This document shows positions 20,725-30,514 of a DNA stretch of 64,000 nucleotides, one piece after another. A program made the position numbers and the translations under genes. This DNA comes from Gemmatales bacterium (lineage in GTDB: Bacteria > Planctomycetota > Planctomycetia > Gemmatales > HRBIN36), in the NCBI GenBank assembly GCA_041640595.1, contig JBEPZY010000009.1:1-64000 (forward strand). Reading direction: 5' to 3'. Below the pieces are notes generated by a model. That model saw nothing but the letters and a program-made list of their open reading frames with translations. It was not told the origin of the DNA and made no database searches. The stretch's first letter is position 1; each line of letters opens with the position of its first letter.

Positions 20725-21341
20725 GGTCGCATCGTCGCCGAACCGTGCGCGATTTTCGCCGGGCAGGGTTCGGTTCACCGACCCACGGCGGGCTGATGCC
20801 CGCCGCTCATGGAAAGCATGCGTTTGTACAGCGCGAATGTCGTAATTTTTTGGCCGACCGACGCCGTGCATCAAGAGCGGCTGGCGTAAGCCAGCCGTGG
20901 GAAAAGCAGCGTACTCGTCGGCGCGAAACGCATATTTGCAATCACGTTCGCACGTGCTGCAACCAAGAGCGGCTGGCGTGAGCCAGCCGTGGTGCGCGAA
21001 CGTACTCCTTCCGGAAAAAAACGCGCGCCATTGCAAGTGCGTTGCGTTCCCACGGCGGGCTGACGCCCGCCGCTCATGGTGCAGGCCGAACGTGTGCCGG
21101 TGAAATGGCGACTTTTGCGATGTACGAACGCACGTCCAACCAGGAGCGGGGGGCGTAAGCCCCCCGTGGCATGCGAGCATCCATGTTCGCCAGGAAGCGC
21201 TCGCCGGTGCAATTCCAGTACCACGGCGGGCTGACGCCCGCCGCTCTTGATAGTCGGTCGCATCGTCCCCGAACCGTGCCTGATTTTCGCCGGGCAGGGT
21301 TCGGTTCACCGACCCACGGCGGGCTGACGCCCGCCGCTCTT
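20725..21341. repeat. REP-like palindrome array 2 (7 units, mixed orientation)
   Basis: Units at 20783, 20873, 20965, 21050, 21142, 21221 and 21314, spaced 79-93 bp apart. An ~85-bp block at 20725-20810 recurs at ~21256-21341. Confidence 0.9.
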
Positions 21342-21409
21342 GTGCGTCCGCATGTGGTTCAGCTAACCCGGGGAGATGACGCTCGGCACTTTTGTACCCG
21401 CACCACAAC

Positions 21410-21595
21410 GACTGTCCACCGTCCACCGGCCACCAATCACTGACCACCGACCACTTGTTTGGCGACTGTCCACCGGCCACTAACCACTGGCCACTGACCA
21501 CTTGTTCGGCGACTGCCCACCGGCCACTAACCACTGGCCACCGGCCACTGATCACTTGGGCACTTCTTACCGGTCACCGGCCACCGGCCACTCAA
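21410..21595. repeat. Heptamer tandem array (CCACTGR/CCACCGG orientation)
   Basis: Runs of ccactga/ccaccgg/ccactaa with embedded ccacttgtt[t/c]ggcgactg. A short continuation lies at ~21802-21865. Confidence 0.85.
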
Positions 21596-21596
21596 C

Positions 21597-21624
21597 TTGT
21601 ATTCGCTGGAGAGGCGGATATAAT
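21597..21624 (+). promoter_or_regulatory. Putative sigma70 promoter for nusA
   Basis: TTGTAT (21597-21602), 16-nt spacer, then a perfect TATAAT (21619-21624). Confidence 0.55.
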
Positions 21625-21704
21625 ATTCTGGCAAGCCGCACCTGCACTTCCGCTTGATCCGAAGCAAGCAATGGAGGTGGAGGTAGAGCCAGGGTCGTAA
21701 CTGC

Positions 21705-21731
21705 GATCCGCCCTCGGGCGGATTTTTTGTT
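21705..21731 (+). terminator. Intrinsic terminator in the nusA leader (putative attenuator)
   Basis: GATCCGCC-CTCG-GGCGGATT hairpin followed by a T-run, ~145 bp before the nusA ATG. Confidence 0.7.
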
Positions 21732-21874
21732 GACCGCAGGACGAGCTCTGGAAGCGATTGCCTTGCATCAGCGCCCAGGTGCTTCATGATAGATTACCAC
21801 GGGCCACTGGTCACCTGACCGCTGGGGACTGGTCACTTGGCCACTGGCCACCGGCCACTTGCCACGAGGCTGTC

Positions 21875-23398
21875 ATGAATCCGACCGATGTCCTCCGCAT
21901 GGTCGAGCAGATTCATCGCCAGCGGAATTTGCCCCGCGAGACCGTGTTCAAGGTTCTCGAAGAGGCACTGCTTTATGCTGCGCGCAAACATTTCGGTGAT
22001 GAGAAAGGCGATTTGACCGTTCAGATTGATCGCCGCACCGGTCAAATAATCGCCCGGCACGGCCAGGAGGAAATTTCGCCGGAAGTGCTCGGCCGGATTG
22101 CCGCGCAGACCGCCAAGCAGGTGCTGACGCAACGGATTCGGGAAGCGGAATCGGCCCACATCTACGAGGAATACTCGGCCCAGAAAGGCAACATCGTCCA
22201 GGGCATGGTTACTCGCCGCGAAGAAGGTGGACGCGGTTCGGGAGGCTATGTGGTAACGCTGGGCGGCCAGGTAGAAGCCTTTTTGCCCGCTTCGCGGGTC
22301 ATCCCCCATGAGCAATTCCGTACAGGCGACCGCATCAAGGCCATCGTGGAAGAAGTGCGGAAGGAAGGCGGGCGGGTTCGCATTATCCTCAGCCGCACCC
22401 ATAACGACTTTGTCCGCCGTCTCTTTGAGCAGGAGATTCCCGAAGTTGCCGACCATACCGTGGAAATCAAGGCGATCGCTCGCAAACCGGGCAAGCGTTG
22501 CAAGGTGGCCGTTGTTTCCAACGATGCTCGGGTGGAACCGACCGGTGCCTGTATCGGTGTTCGCGGGGCCCGCATCAAAAACATCATCGAGCAACTCAGC
22601 GGCGAACACATTGACGTGGTACGCTGGAATGCCTCGCCCGAAGTTTTCGTCAAAGAAGCCCTGCAACCGGCCCAGGTAGATGAGGTGCTGCTCTTCCAGC
22701 AACTCGGCCGGGCTACGGCACTGGTTCGCCAGGATGAACTCAAAAAAGCCATCGGCAAAGAAGGGCACAATGTTCGCCTGGCCTCGTTGTTGACCGGTTG
22801 GGACATCGAGGTCATGACCCAGGAAGAACTCAGCGAAACTATCCAGAAGGCCGAGGAAATTTTCCAGAATATTCCCAACCTGTCTGCCGAACAGGTCGCT
22901 CGCCTCGTTTCCGATGGCTTCTGGTCTTTCAACGACCTGAGTTGTGCCGAGCCGGAATACCTCGCCAATTTGCTGGAAGTCCCCGTCGAACAGGCGGAGG
23001 AAATCATCGCCTACGCTGAGGAACGGGCCAGCCAGGAGGAAGAACAACCGCGGCGAGTCCCAGCCGCAACACCAAGCCCGCCCGCTGCCGAGACGCCTGC
23101 CATCGGTGCTGAAGAAACCACTGCGGCCACGCCCGAACCGACCCCAGCCACCGGCCCAACCGAACAGGCCGCCGTTTCCGAAGAGACTGCCGGGACGACA
23201 CCGCAATCCGCTGCTTCCAGCGCTCCCGAAACCGAACCGGCTCAGGTGACCAGCAGTCCGACCGAGGAAGGATCGGTAACCTCGGCTCCCACTTCCACTA
23301 CCCCGCAGGAAACCGCAACAGAAATGGCGCAAACCGTGAATGAAAGCGTCGCCGCCAACGCTTCCCAGCCTGCCGATGCCTGGCACGAGCAAGCCTGA
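21875..23398 (+). CDS. nusA: Transcription termination/antitermination factor NusA with long acidic low-complexity tail
   Basis: GRIAAQTAKQV, S1 domain, ILSRTH, LFEQEIPEV, ARKPGKRCKVAV, GACIGVRG, AIGKEGHNVRLASLLTGWDI. Confidence 0.95.
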   Translation: MNPTDVLRMVEQIHRQRNLPRETVFKVLEEALLYAARKHFGDEKGDLTVQIDRRTGQIIARHGQEEISPEVLGRIAAQTAKQVLTQRIREAESAHIYEEYSAQKGNIVQGMVTRREEGGRGSGGYVVTLGGQVEAFLPASRVIPHEQFRTGDRIKAIVEEVRKEGGRVRIILSRTHNDFVRRLFEQEIPEVADHTVEIKAIARKPGKRCKVAVVSNDARVEPTGACIGVRGARIKNIIEQLSGEHIDVVRWNASPEVFVKEALQPAQVDEVLLFQQLGRATALVRQDELKKAIGKEGHNVRLASLLTGWDIEVMTQEELSETIQKAEEIFQNIPNLSAEQVARLVSDGFWSFNDLSCAEPEYLANLLEVPVEQAEEIIAYAEERASQEEEQPRRVPAATPSPPAAETPAIGAEETTAATPEPTPATGPTEQAAVSEETAGTTPQSAASSAPETEPAQVTSSPTEEGSVTSAPTSTTPQETATEMAQTVNESVAANASQPADAWHEQA

Positions 23399-23641
23399 TT
23401 AGTGGTCAGTGGCCGGTGCCTGTGGCCAGTCGCCAAACAAGTGGTCAGTGGCCGGTGACCAGTGGCCGGTGGATAACGGTCGGTCGTCAGGGGCAGTGTC
23501 CGATGGGCAGTCGCCAAACAAGTGGTCAGTGGCCGGTGACCGGTGGCCGGTGGATAACGGTCGGTGGTCAGGGAGCAGTGGCCGGTGGGCAGTCGCCGAA
23601 CAAGTGGTCAGTGGCCAGTGATCAGTGGCCGGCACAGTGGC
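23399..23641. repeat. Heptamer tandem array (CAGTGGC/CGGTGGC orientation) with ~81-bp higher-order unit
   Basis: cagtcgcc[a/g]aacaagtggtcagtggcc starts at ~23427, ~23508 and ~23590. The motifs are the reverse complement of those at 21410-21595. Confidence 0.85.
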
Positions 23642-23893
23642 GGGTTACTGAATCTCGTACGGGGAACGAGAGCGACTTCACCTGGTCGGTACGAGGCAGG
23701 GCCAGCAGGATATAGCGGCGAAACGTCCCAGTGGCCGAACTTGGAATCAGCACGTGATTTCCAGCCGCTTGGGGCGATCGTGGATGGGCGGAAGATGGCG
23801 TGGGGTGGCGGGGCCTGGAGTCAGGCGATGGCGTCTTGCGACCTGGCCGCGATAGCTGCCGTCGGCGATTCAGTCGCTAAGGTAGCATGCAGA

Positions 23894-24018
23894 AAGCGAA
23901 CCATTTCCGGCTGGCCGAAAGGTTGGATGCAACTACCCCCTTGCGGGCTCTTTCGCGGGCTTGAAGGGAGCGGCAATATCGCCAGCTTGCAGAAGCGAAC
24001 CATTTCCGGCTGGCCGAA
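23894..24018. repeat. 26-bp direct repeat pair
   Basis: aagcgaaccatttccggctggccgaa at 23894-23919 and 23993-24018. Confidence 0.75.
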
Positions 24019-24169
24019 GGTTTGGCCGCAATGGCGAGGCGTTCCCGCTCTGATCCTCGATTGCCCAATAAGCAGCACCCAGCGAAGGTGATACCATGAC
24101 AAGGGCAGGTCGGGTTCCTTCGACGAATTCCCACCAGACATCGGAGCTCCACTGAGCGGAGATGAGACC

Positions 24170-25282
24170 ATGCCGGAGACCGGATTGGTGGCGGCTATGA
24201 CTGGGCCGCGTCAACCTTTCGTCCTGCAGGAATATCCCGTTCCCGACCCCGAACCTGGCGCCATCCTGGTCAAGGTGCAACAGGCCAATATCTGCGGCAG
24301 CGATCTCCATTTATGGCGGGGGGATTACAAACCGGCCGATCCAGGTGGGAGTCGGTTTCGCAGTATCGGCCATGAGATGGTGGGCATCGTGGCCAAACTG
24401 GGGCGCGGAGTAACTCATGACTCGGCTGGCCAACCTTTGCGCGAAGGAGACCGTGTCGTTTACCGCTACTTTTATCCGTGCGGGCGGTGTCGCGCTTGCC
24501 TGAGACGGCAAACGCCCCGCTGCCTGCAGGCCATGCGCTACCGTTATCCGCCTGAAGTTTGGCCTCATTTCAACGCTGCTTACGGGCAGTATTATTACGT
24601 GCATCCCGGGCAGGTGATTTTCCGGGTACCGGACAACGTCACCGATGAAATGGCTGCTCCTGCGAATTGTGCCCTGGCTCAGGTGATTTACGCGTTGGAG
24701 CGAGCCCATGCGGGCATCGGTGACCGAATCGTGATTCAGGGGGCTGGCGGTGTCGGTATCAATGCCGTTGCGGTGGCACGAGAACGGGGCGTCGAGCAGA
24801 TCATTGTCCTGGACGCCCTGCCTGAACGGTTAGCCCTGGCGCGTGAATTCGGGGCCGACGAAACCATTTGCCTGCGCGATCTTCCGAATCCGCAGGATCG
24901 CATTGCTCGTGTGCGTCAACTGACAGGAGGTTGGGGTGCGGACATCGTCCTGGAATTGACTGGCCACGCCGACGCTTTTCCTGAAGGCGTAGCTATGCTC
25001 GGCGTTGGAGGCATTTACGTGGTCGTGGGAAATATATGTGCCGGCCACCAGGCTCCCTTCGACTCCTCGGAACTGGTGCTTTACGGGCGGCAGGTGATCG
25101 GTGTGATGTGGTACGAACCGGACAGCCTGTACAAGGCCCTGCAACTGCTGAGCACCCGCCAGCAGCGCTATCCTTTCCACAAAATCATTTCCCATCGGTT
25201 CCCGTTGCGTGAAATCAATCGCGCCTTCGCTGAACAGGACGCCGGGCGTGTGCATCGCGCGGCTTTGCTGCCCTGGGCGTAA
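24170..25282 (+). CDS. Zinc-dependent alcohol dehydrogenase (MDR family)
   Basis: ICGSDLH, GHE, CGRCRAC...C structural zinc site, GAGGVG. Confidence 0.92.
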   Translation: MPETGLVAAMTGPRQPFVLQEYPVPDPEPGAILVKVQQANICGSDLHLWRGDYKPADPGGSRFRSIGHEMVGIVAKLGRGVTHDSAGQPLREGDRVVYRYFYPCGRCRACLRRQTPRCLQAMRYRYPPEVWPHFNAAYGQYYYVHPGQVIFRVPDNVTDEMAAPANCALAQVIYALERAHAGIGDRIVIQGAGGVGINAVAVARERGVEQIIVLDALPERLALAREFGADETICLRDLPNPQDRIARVRQLTGGWGADIVLELTGHADAFPEGVAMLGVGGIYVVVGNICAGHQAPFDSSELVLYGRQVIGVMWYEPDSLYKALQLLSTRQQRYPFHKIISHRFPLREINRAFAEQDAGRVHRAALLPWA

Positions 25283-25739
25283 GGGCATTCGCTGGCATCT
25301 TTCGCCACCGCGTCCCTCCGTGCGTGCAGCGCCAGCGGTTATGCCGTTGTTTGGCCATGTAGGCCCTCGGCGGCGCTGCGACGGCATTCCTCCAGGCGTG
25401 CATCGCCAACGGTCATGGCGCCCAGCCTGGGCGTATCCGAATTTGTCTGGCATCGCCGCTCGGCCTGCAGGGGATTTGAGTTCTCGACACCTCGAAGTTG
25501 TGCGCCTGCGTCCGTTTTTGTCTGGCCTTGCCGTTCGGCCAGCAGTCAGGACGCACAGGCAGAATGGATGGGGCGGAGCAGAATGCCTGGAACGCCCGTC
25601 AGCAACGTTGCCGGGATGCACGTGGGGAATCTGCCCGACGCCATGACCAGTTTCGCTTCGGCGGTGGACGTAATGTATATGATGAAGTGGAGTCCAGCAG
25701 CGCAGAGTGCTGCAGCCAGTTTGATGGAGAGCTATCAGG

Positions 25740-27803
25740 ATGTCGGAAAATCAGACCCCTGCTCAGGGACAACCCAGGTCGCCGCGACGGTCGCCGAAAG
25801 CCCTAATCCCTGGCGGCTGGATGGTGATTTTGTTGCTGGCAGCGGCATTGGTAGCGTTATTCCTGGGCGACCAGTTCGGCACTTCGGAAATCAACCTCAC
25901 CTACGGTCAGTTCAAGCAGCACCTGATGGCCGGCCATATCCGCGAAGTACGCATCGGTTCCAACAAAATTTCCGGCTATTTCCGAGAGAAAGTGCGCAGC
26001 CGCGACGAGCAGGGTAAGGAAATCGAAGTGGATATGCGCGAACTGTTGCCGGAGAAGTATCGCCGGCTCAAAGAGCTGCGCTTCGTGACGCGGACACCCA
26101 CCGTGGTACCGGACAATCTGCTCACGCAGCAACTCGACCAGATGCAGGTGGATTGGGATTACGAGAAAGAGACTGCCGGCTGGATTTGGGCGGTGCTGGT
26201 GTACTGGTTGCCGACTTTTCTGCTTCTGGGATTGCTTGTCTTGCTGTTCGCCGCACGATTCCGCGATCCTCTCGGAGGCGGATTCCTGAGCAGCTACATC
26301 AAGAGCCCGGCGAGGCGGTTTGACAAGGGTAAGGTGCGGGTAACTTTCAACGACGTGGCCGATATGGAACACGCCAAGGCGGAGTTGCAGGAAGTTGTGG
26401 AGTTCTTGCGCAATCCGGAGAAATTTCAGCGACTGGGCGGGCAAATTCCCAAAGGGATTTTGCTGGTCGGCCCTCCGGGAACCGGGAAAACGTTGCTGGC
26501 TCGTGCTGTGGCCGGGGAAGCGGGCGTGCCATTTTTCAGCATCAATGGTTCGGAATTCATTCAGATGTTCGTGGGCGTCGGTGCCAGCCGGGTTCGTGAT
26601 CTGTTCAAGACGGCCCGCGAAAATGCCCCGTGCATCCTGTTCATTGACGAAATTGACGCCGTCGGTCGTGTCCGTGGTGCCGGTTTGGGCGGTGGACACG
26701 ATGAGCGCGAGCAAACGCTCAACCAGATTTTGAGCGAGATGGATGGCTTCCTGCCCACGGAATCGGTCATCGTCATCGCCGCTACCAATCGCCCCGATGT
26801 GCTTGATCCCGCCCTGTTGCGACCGGGACGGTTTGACCGGCACGTGACCATTGACCGACCGAACTGGCGCGGTCGGCTCGAAATCCTTCGCGTGCACACT
26901 CGTGATAAGCCCCTGGCTCCCGATGTCAATCTCGAACAAATCGCCCGTACCCTGATCGGTGCCACCGGAGCTGACTTGCGAAATCTGGTCAACGAAGCCG
27001 CACTGTTTGCCACACGCGAGGGGAAAAACAAGATCGATCGCCACGACTTTGAACGTGCCATCGATAAGGTGCTTATCGGCGCCAAACGCGACGAATTGCT
27101 CAGCCCGGAAGACAAACGCAAGACCGCCTATCACGAAGCCGGCCATGCCCTTATTGCCTGGCTCATGCCCAATTCGGATAAGCCGCTCAAAGTCTCCATT
27201 GTGCCACGCGGCCAGGCCCTGGGTGTCAATCTCAACGTCCCCGAAGAGGATCGTTTCCACCACGACAAAGCCTACTTCGAAACCAAGCTGACCATGCTGC
27301 TGGGCGGTCGGGCGGCGGATCGGCTGGTCTATGGCCAGCCCTATGCCGGTGCGGAAATGGACCTCAAACAGGCCACCCGCATCGCACGACTCATGGTCAC
27401 CCACTGGGGCATGAGCGAACGAATTGGGCCCGTGGCTTACCGTATCGGCGAGGAACACGTTTTCCTCGGTAAGGAAATCCACGAACCCCGCGACTTCAGC
27501 GAAGGCACTGCTCAGCTCATTGATGAGGAAGTCCGTCGCCTGCTCCGCGAAGCCGACGAACGTGCCTATCAGTTGCTCCGCGCCCACCGTGAGAAACTCG
27601 ACCGGCTTGTCGAGGCCCTGTTGCAAAAGGAAGAACTCAGCCGCGAGGAACTCGAATCCTTGCTCCACGACGCTCCGTACAGCATCTACCAGCGGCCCAG
27701 CGGCGATGGTCAACTCACCGCCTCTTCCCCTTCGACCCCGACAGCCGACCAGAAAGAGCCATCGGACCGGGAACTGGCCGCCACTACCGGGAAAGATTCA
27801 TGA
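25740..27803 (+). CDS. ftsH: ATP-dependent zinc metalloprotease FtsH
   Basis: Two TM segments, [39 protein letters not shown]. Confidence 0.97.
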   Translation: MSENQTPAQGQPRSPRRSPKALIPGGWMVILLLAAALVALFLGDQFGTSEINLTYGQFKQHLMAGHIREVRIGSNKISGYFREKVRSRDEQGKEIEVDMRELLPEKYRRLKELRFVTRTPTVVPDNLLTQQLDQMQVDWDYEKETAGWIWAVLVYWLPTFLLLGLLVLLFAARFRDPLGGGFLSSYIKSPARRFDKGKVRVTFNDVADMEHAKAELQEVVEFLRNPEKFQRLGGQIPKGILLVGPPGTGKTLLARAVAGEAGVPFFSINGSEFIQMFVGVGASRVRDLFKTARENAPCILFIDEIDAVGRVRGAGLGGGHDEREQTLNQILSEMDGFLPTESVIVIAATNRPDVLDPALLRPGRFDRHVTIDRPNWRGRLEILRVHTRDKPLAPDVNLEQIARTLIGATGADLRNLVNEAALFATREGKNKIDRHDFERAIDKVLIGAKRDELLSPEDKRKTAYHEAGHALIAWLMPNSDKPLKVSIVPRGQALGVNLNVPEEDRFHHDKAYFETKLTMLLGGRAADRLVYGQPYAGAEMDLKQATRIARLMVTHWGMSERIGPVAYRIGEEHVFLGKEIHEPRDFSEGTAQLIDEEVRRLLREADERAYQLLRAHREKLDRLVEALLQKEELSREELESLLHDAPYSIYQRPSGDGQLTASSPSTPTADQKEPSDRELAATTGKDS

Positions 27804-28279
27804 CCAGCCCGCTCAGCCATTTCACCGAGCAAGGCGCCTGCCACATGGTTGACACTTCCGAAAAACCGGAAACGTTCCGGCAGGCCCGAGCCTCAGCCCG
27901 CGTGCGAATGCGACCGGAAACTGCTTGCCTCATTCGCGATCGCCAGCTGGCCAAGGGGGACGTCCTGGCCGTTGCTCAACTGGCGGGTATCCTCGCAGCG
28001 AAACAAACGCCCTTTCTCATCCCGCTTTGTCATCCGTTACCGCTGAGTTCGGTGGAGGTAGATTTTGCCTGGCCCAGCGACGACCTGCTGGTTATCCAGA
28101 CCCGCGTCAGTTGCGTGGCGCGAACCGGCGTGGAGATAGAAGCCCTGACCGCCGCCGCTATCGCTGCTCTGACCGTTTACGATATGTGCAAATCCGTTGA
28201 TCGCACTATGGTCATCGAATCCATCCAGCTGGAAGAAAAGTCCGGTGGCCGATCCGGGCATTTCCTTCGCCAGCCCTGA
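27800..28279 (+). CDS. moaC: Cyclic pyranopterin monophosphate synthase
   Basis: MVDTSEK, KGDVL, LIPLCHPL, TGVEIEAL, YDMCKSVD, KSGGRSG. ATGA overlap with ftsH. Confidence 0.96.
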   Translation: MTSPLSHFTEQGACHMVDTSEKPETFRQARASARVRMRPETACLIRDRQLAKGDVLAVAQLAGILAAKQTPFLIPLCHPLPLSSVEVDFAWPSDDLLVIQTRVSCVARTGVEIEALTAAAIAALTVYDMCKSVDRTMVIESIQLEEKSGGRSGHFLRQP

Positions 28280-28394
28280 ACACCCTCCGTTGTCGGTCAC
28301 GATTCCAACAGCACTCGACCTTGCCGATGACCCCGCCGGCTGCTAGCATGTTGTTCAGTGATAATTGAAAATTCTAAACTATCGGATAATCGCC

Positions 28395-29408
28395 ATGCCG
28401 GTTCCCTCAACCTCGCCACCTACCGCCGACCTTACTGGCCAGCAGGCCTGGGACAGCGTTTTCTCCTTGATTGCCGAGGACTTAGAACACGTGGAGGACA
28501 TTCTCCGCCGGGAACTTCGCAGCCAGTTCGCCGTCGTTCAGCGCGTCCTCAACCATATCGGCCGGTATCGCGGTAAGCGGTTACGCCCCGCCTTGCTTTT
28601 GCTGGCAGCGCGAATGTGCGGCCCCATTCGACCCGAACATCATCTCCTGGCCGCCGTGGTGGAAATGATCCACACCGCCACGCTCATCCACGACGACGTT
28701 CTTGACGGGGCCCGACTGCGTCGCCATCTCCCTACGGTTCACCACGAATGGGGAGTGCCGGCAGCGGTGCTGGCCGGCGATTTCCTTTTCAGCCACGCTT
28801 TCACCCTGGCCAGCCAGACCGGCAGTACCCTCGCCTGCCGTCTCATTGGCCAAGCCACCAACCGCGTCTGCGAAGGGGAGATGTACCAGACACTGCAACA
28901 GGGTCGGCTCGATTTAGAGGAAGAGGAGTATCTGGCCATTATCCGCGGCAAAACCGCTGAACTGACCTCCGTCGCTTGCCGACTTGGAGCCGAATTTGCT
29001 GACGCGACAAACGAACAAACCGAAGCGCTTGCCCAGTTTGGCCTGCACCTCGGCTTGGCCTTTCAGATTACCGACGATCTTCTCGACTTGTTCGGGGACG
29101 AACAGCTTACCGGCAAATCCCTCGGCACCGATTGGCTCCAGCGAAAAGCTACCCTGCCGGTCATTTATCATTGGAACTCCTTACCACCCCAGGAACGGCC
29201 TCACTTCATCCGCAGCTGCCTCGACGATCGCTTACCGCTATCGCAATTACGCAAACTCTTAGAGCAGAGCGGCGCTCTGGCACAGGCCTGGCGGCGAGCC
29301 GAACACGAAGCCCAACTCGCCCGCAAGGCCTTATCGTTATTCCCGGCATCACCGGAACGATCCGCCTGCGATACTCTGGTGCAACTCTGCCTGTACCGCT
29401 ATGCTTAG
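28395..29408 (+). CDS. Polyprenyl diphosphate synthase (IspB-like)
   Basis: GKRLRP, EMIHTATLIHDDVLD, LAGDFL, KTAEL, AFQITDDLLD. Confidence 0.93.
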   Translation: MPVPSTSPPTADLTGQQAWDSVFSLIAEDLEHVEDILRRELRSQFAVVQRVLNHIGRYRGKRLRPALLLLAARMCGPIRPEHHLLAAVVEMIHTATLIHDDVLDGARLRRHLPTVHHEWGVPAAVLAGDFLFSHAFTLASQTGSTLACRLIGQATNRVCEGEMYQTLQQGRLDLEEEEYLAIIRGKTAELTSVACRLGAEFADATNEQTEALAQFGLHLGLAFQITDDLLDLFGDEQLTGKSLGTDWLQRKATLPVIYHWNSLPPQERPHFIRSCLDDRLPLSQLRKLLEQSGALAQAWRRAEHEAQLARKALSLFPASPERSACDTLVQLCLYRYA

Positions 29409-29688
29409 GAGCGGGCGTTCCTAATCAGGCCACCGTTCCGGCCAGTTTCACCGAGAACCCATCGCTCAAACACTATGTTCGACTATTAGCGCCCGTGTAT
29501 AGGGATTGTGCAACGTATATAGATTGTACAGGCGACGAAAAAAGGAGATTGCACTCTTAGCAACTTGACATCGGCGGAATGGTCGGGCAGGCTTTGTGAG
29601 ACTATAGACCGGCAAGTTTATGCCCGCAGCATGGCACAACTGTGCCGGTGCTTAGCAGGAATCCGCCACAGGACAAGGAGGCCTGTCC

Positions 29689-30390
29689 ATGCCACGCTTT
29701 GCTCTTACCCTCGCCATCGCCGGCTTCCTCAACGTTTCCCTGGCGTTCGCCGACCCTCCGGGTTCAACATCGAGCGGAACGGTATCTAATAATCAGGCGT
29801 TAGCCGAACGGGTAGCCCGGCACCTGCAAACTTGCGGGACACTGCGCGACTATAACATCCAGGTGCTAGCCTATAACGGGCAGGTTATCCTTCGCGGTGA
29901 TGTGCGCAGTCAGGAGCAAATGCGCGAGGCCATCCGCCAGGCACATTTAGTGCCCGGCGTACTCCAGGTAGTCAACGAATTAAGCATTAGCGGTTCGCCC
30001 GCTGATTCCGTGCAACTTGCACAGTACAATACTCCGCCCGCATTTCTAAGTTCCCAGAATGGTCCTGGTGCGACCTCCGAAAGCGGGCCTCCAACTCCTC
30101 CACCCGAACCGCTACCGAGTTACCGCATTCCTGTTCCTGCTCATGGCATGCTCGGTTCACCGCCACTACCGCCGATCGCTTGGCCCACTTATGCTCCTTA
30201 TAACAACTACTCCCGCGTCGCCTATCCAACCTGCTACCCTTACGAAGCGTTTCCATACTTTGGGCCATTCTATCCATTTCCCAAAGTGCCTCTCGGTTGG
30301 CGGGCCGTTAAACTCGAATGGAACGATGGTTTCTGGTTCCTGAGCACTCACAGCCAGCGCTACGATTACTGGGTCTTGCGATTCTGGTAA
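29689..30390 (+). CDS. Secreted BON-domain protein with Pro/Tyr/Trp-rich C-terminus
   Basis: Signal peptide, then a BON-like GQVILRGDV...VPGVLQVVNEL, then AWPTYAPYNNYSRVAYP...GPFYPFPKVPLGWR. Confidence 0.8.
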   Translation: MPRFALTLAIAGFLNVSLAFADPPGSTSSGTVSNNQALAERVARHLQTCGTLRDYNIQVLAYNGQVILRGDVRSQEQMREAIRQAHLVPGVLQVVNELSISGSPADSVQLAQYNTPPAFLSSQNGPGATSESGPPTPPPEPLPSYRIPVPAHGMLGSPPLPPIAWPTYAPYNNYSRVAYPTCYPYEAFPYFGPFYPFPKVPLGWRAVKLEWNDGFWFLSTHSQRYDYWVLRFW

Positions 30391-30514
30391 AGTCATCCTG
30401 TTGGTCATTCCACCTAATATCTAATCCCGCCCTTCAAAACACTAAATGCTGCGCAACTTGACCGTCGGACCTTGCATTCGCAGTCTAATACTGCACAAAC
30501 AAGGAGACTAAGCC

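Noticed and set aside
20725..21341. CRISPR array
   Set aside because: Units switch orientation, the ~60-bp linkers are homologous to linkers in other arrays, and no cas genes are present.
20719..21787. ORFs over REP array 2 and the heptamer array, and likewise at 23399-23715, 34770-35950 and 62443-62906
   Set aside because: These are repeat-derived open frames in several overlapping phases.
21833..27713. Long antisense ORFs 21833..23392 and 25857..27713 (also 798..2288)
   Set aside because: They are shadow frames opposite nusA, ftsH and ilvC, which is typical of GC-rich codon bias.
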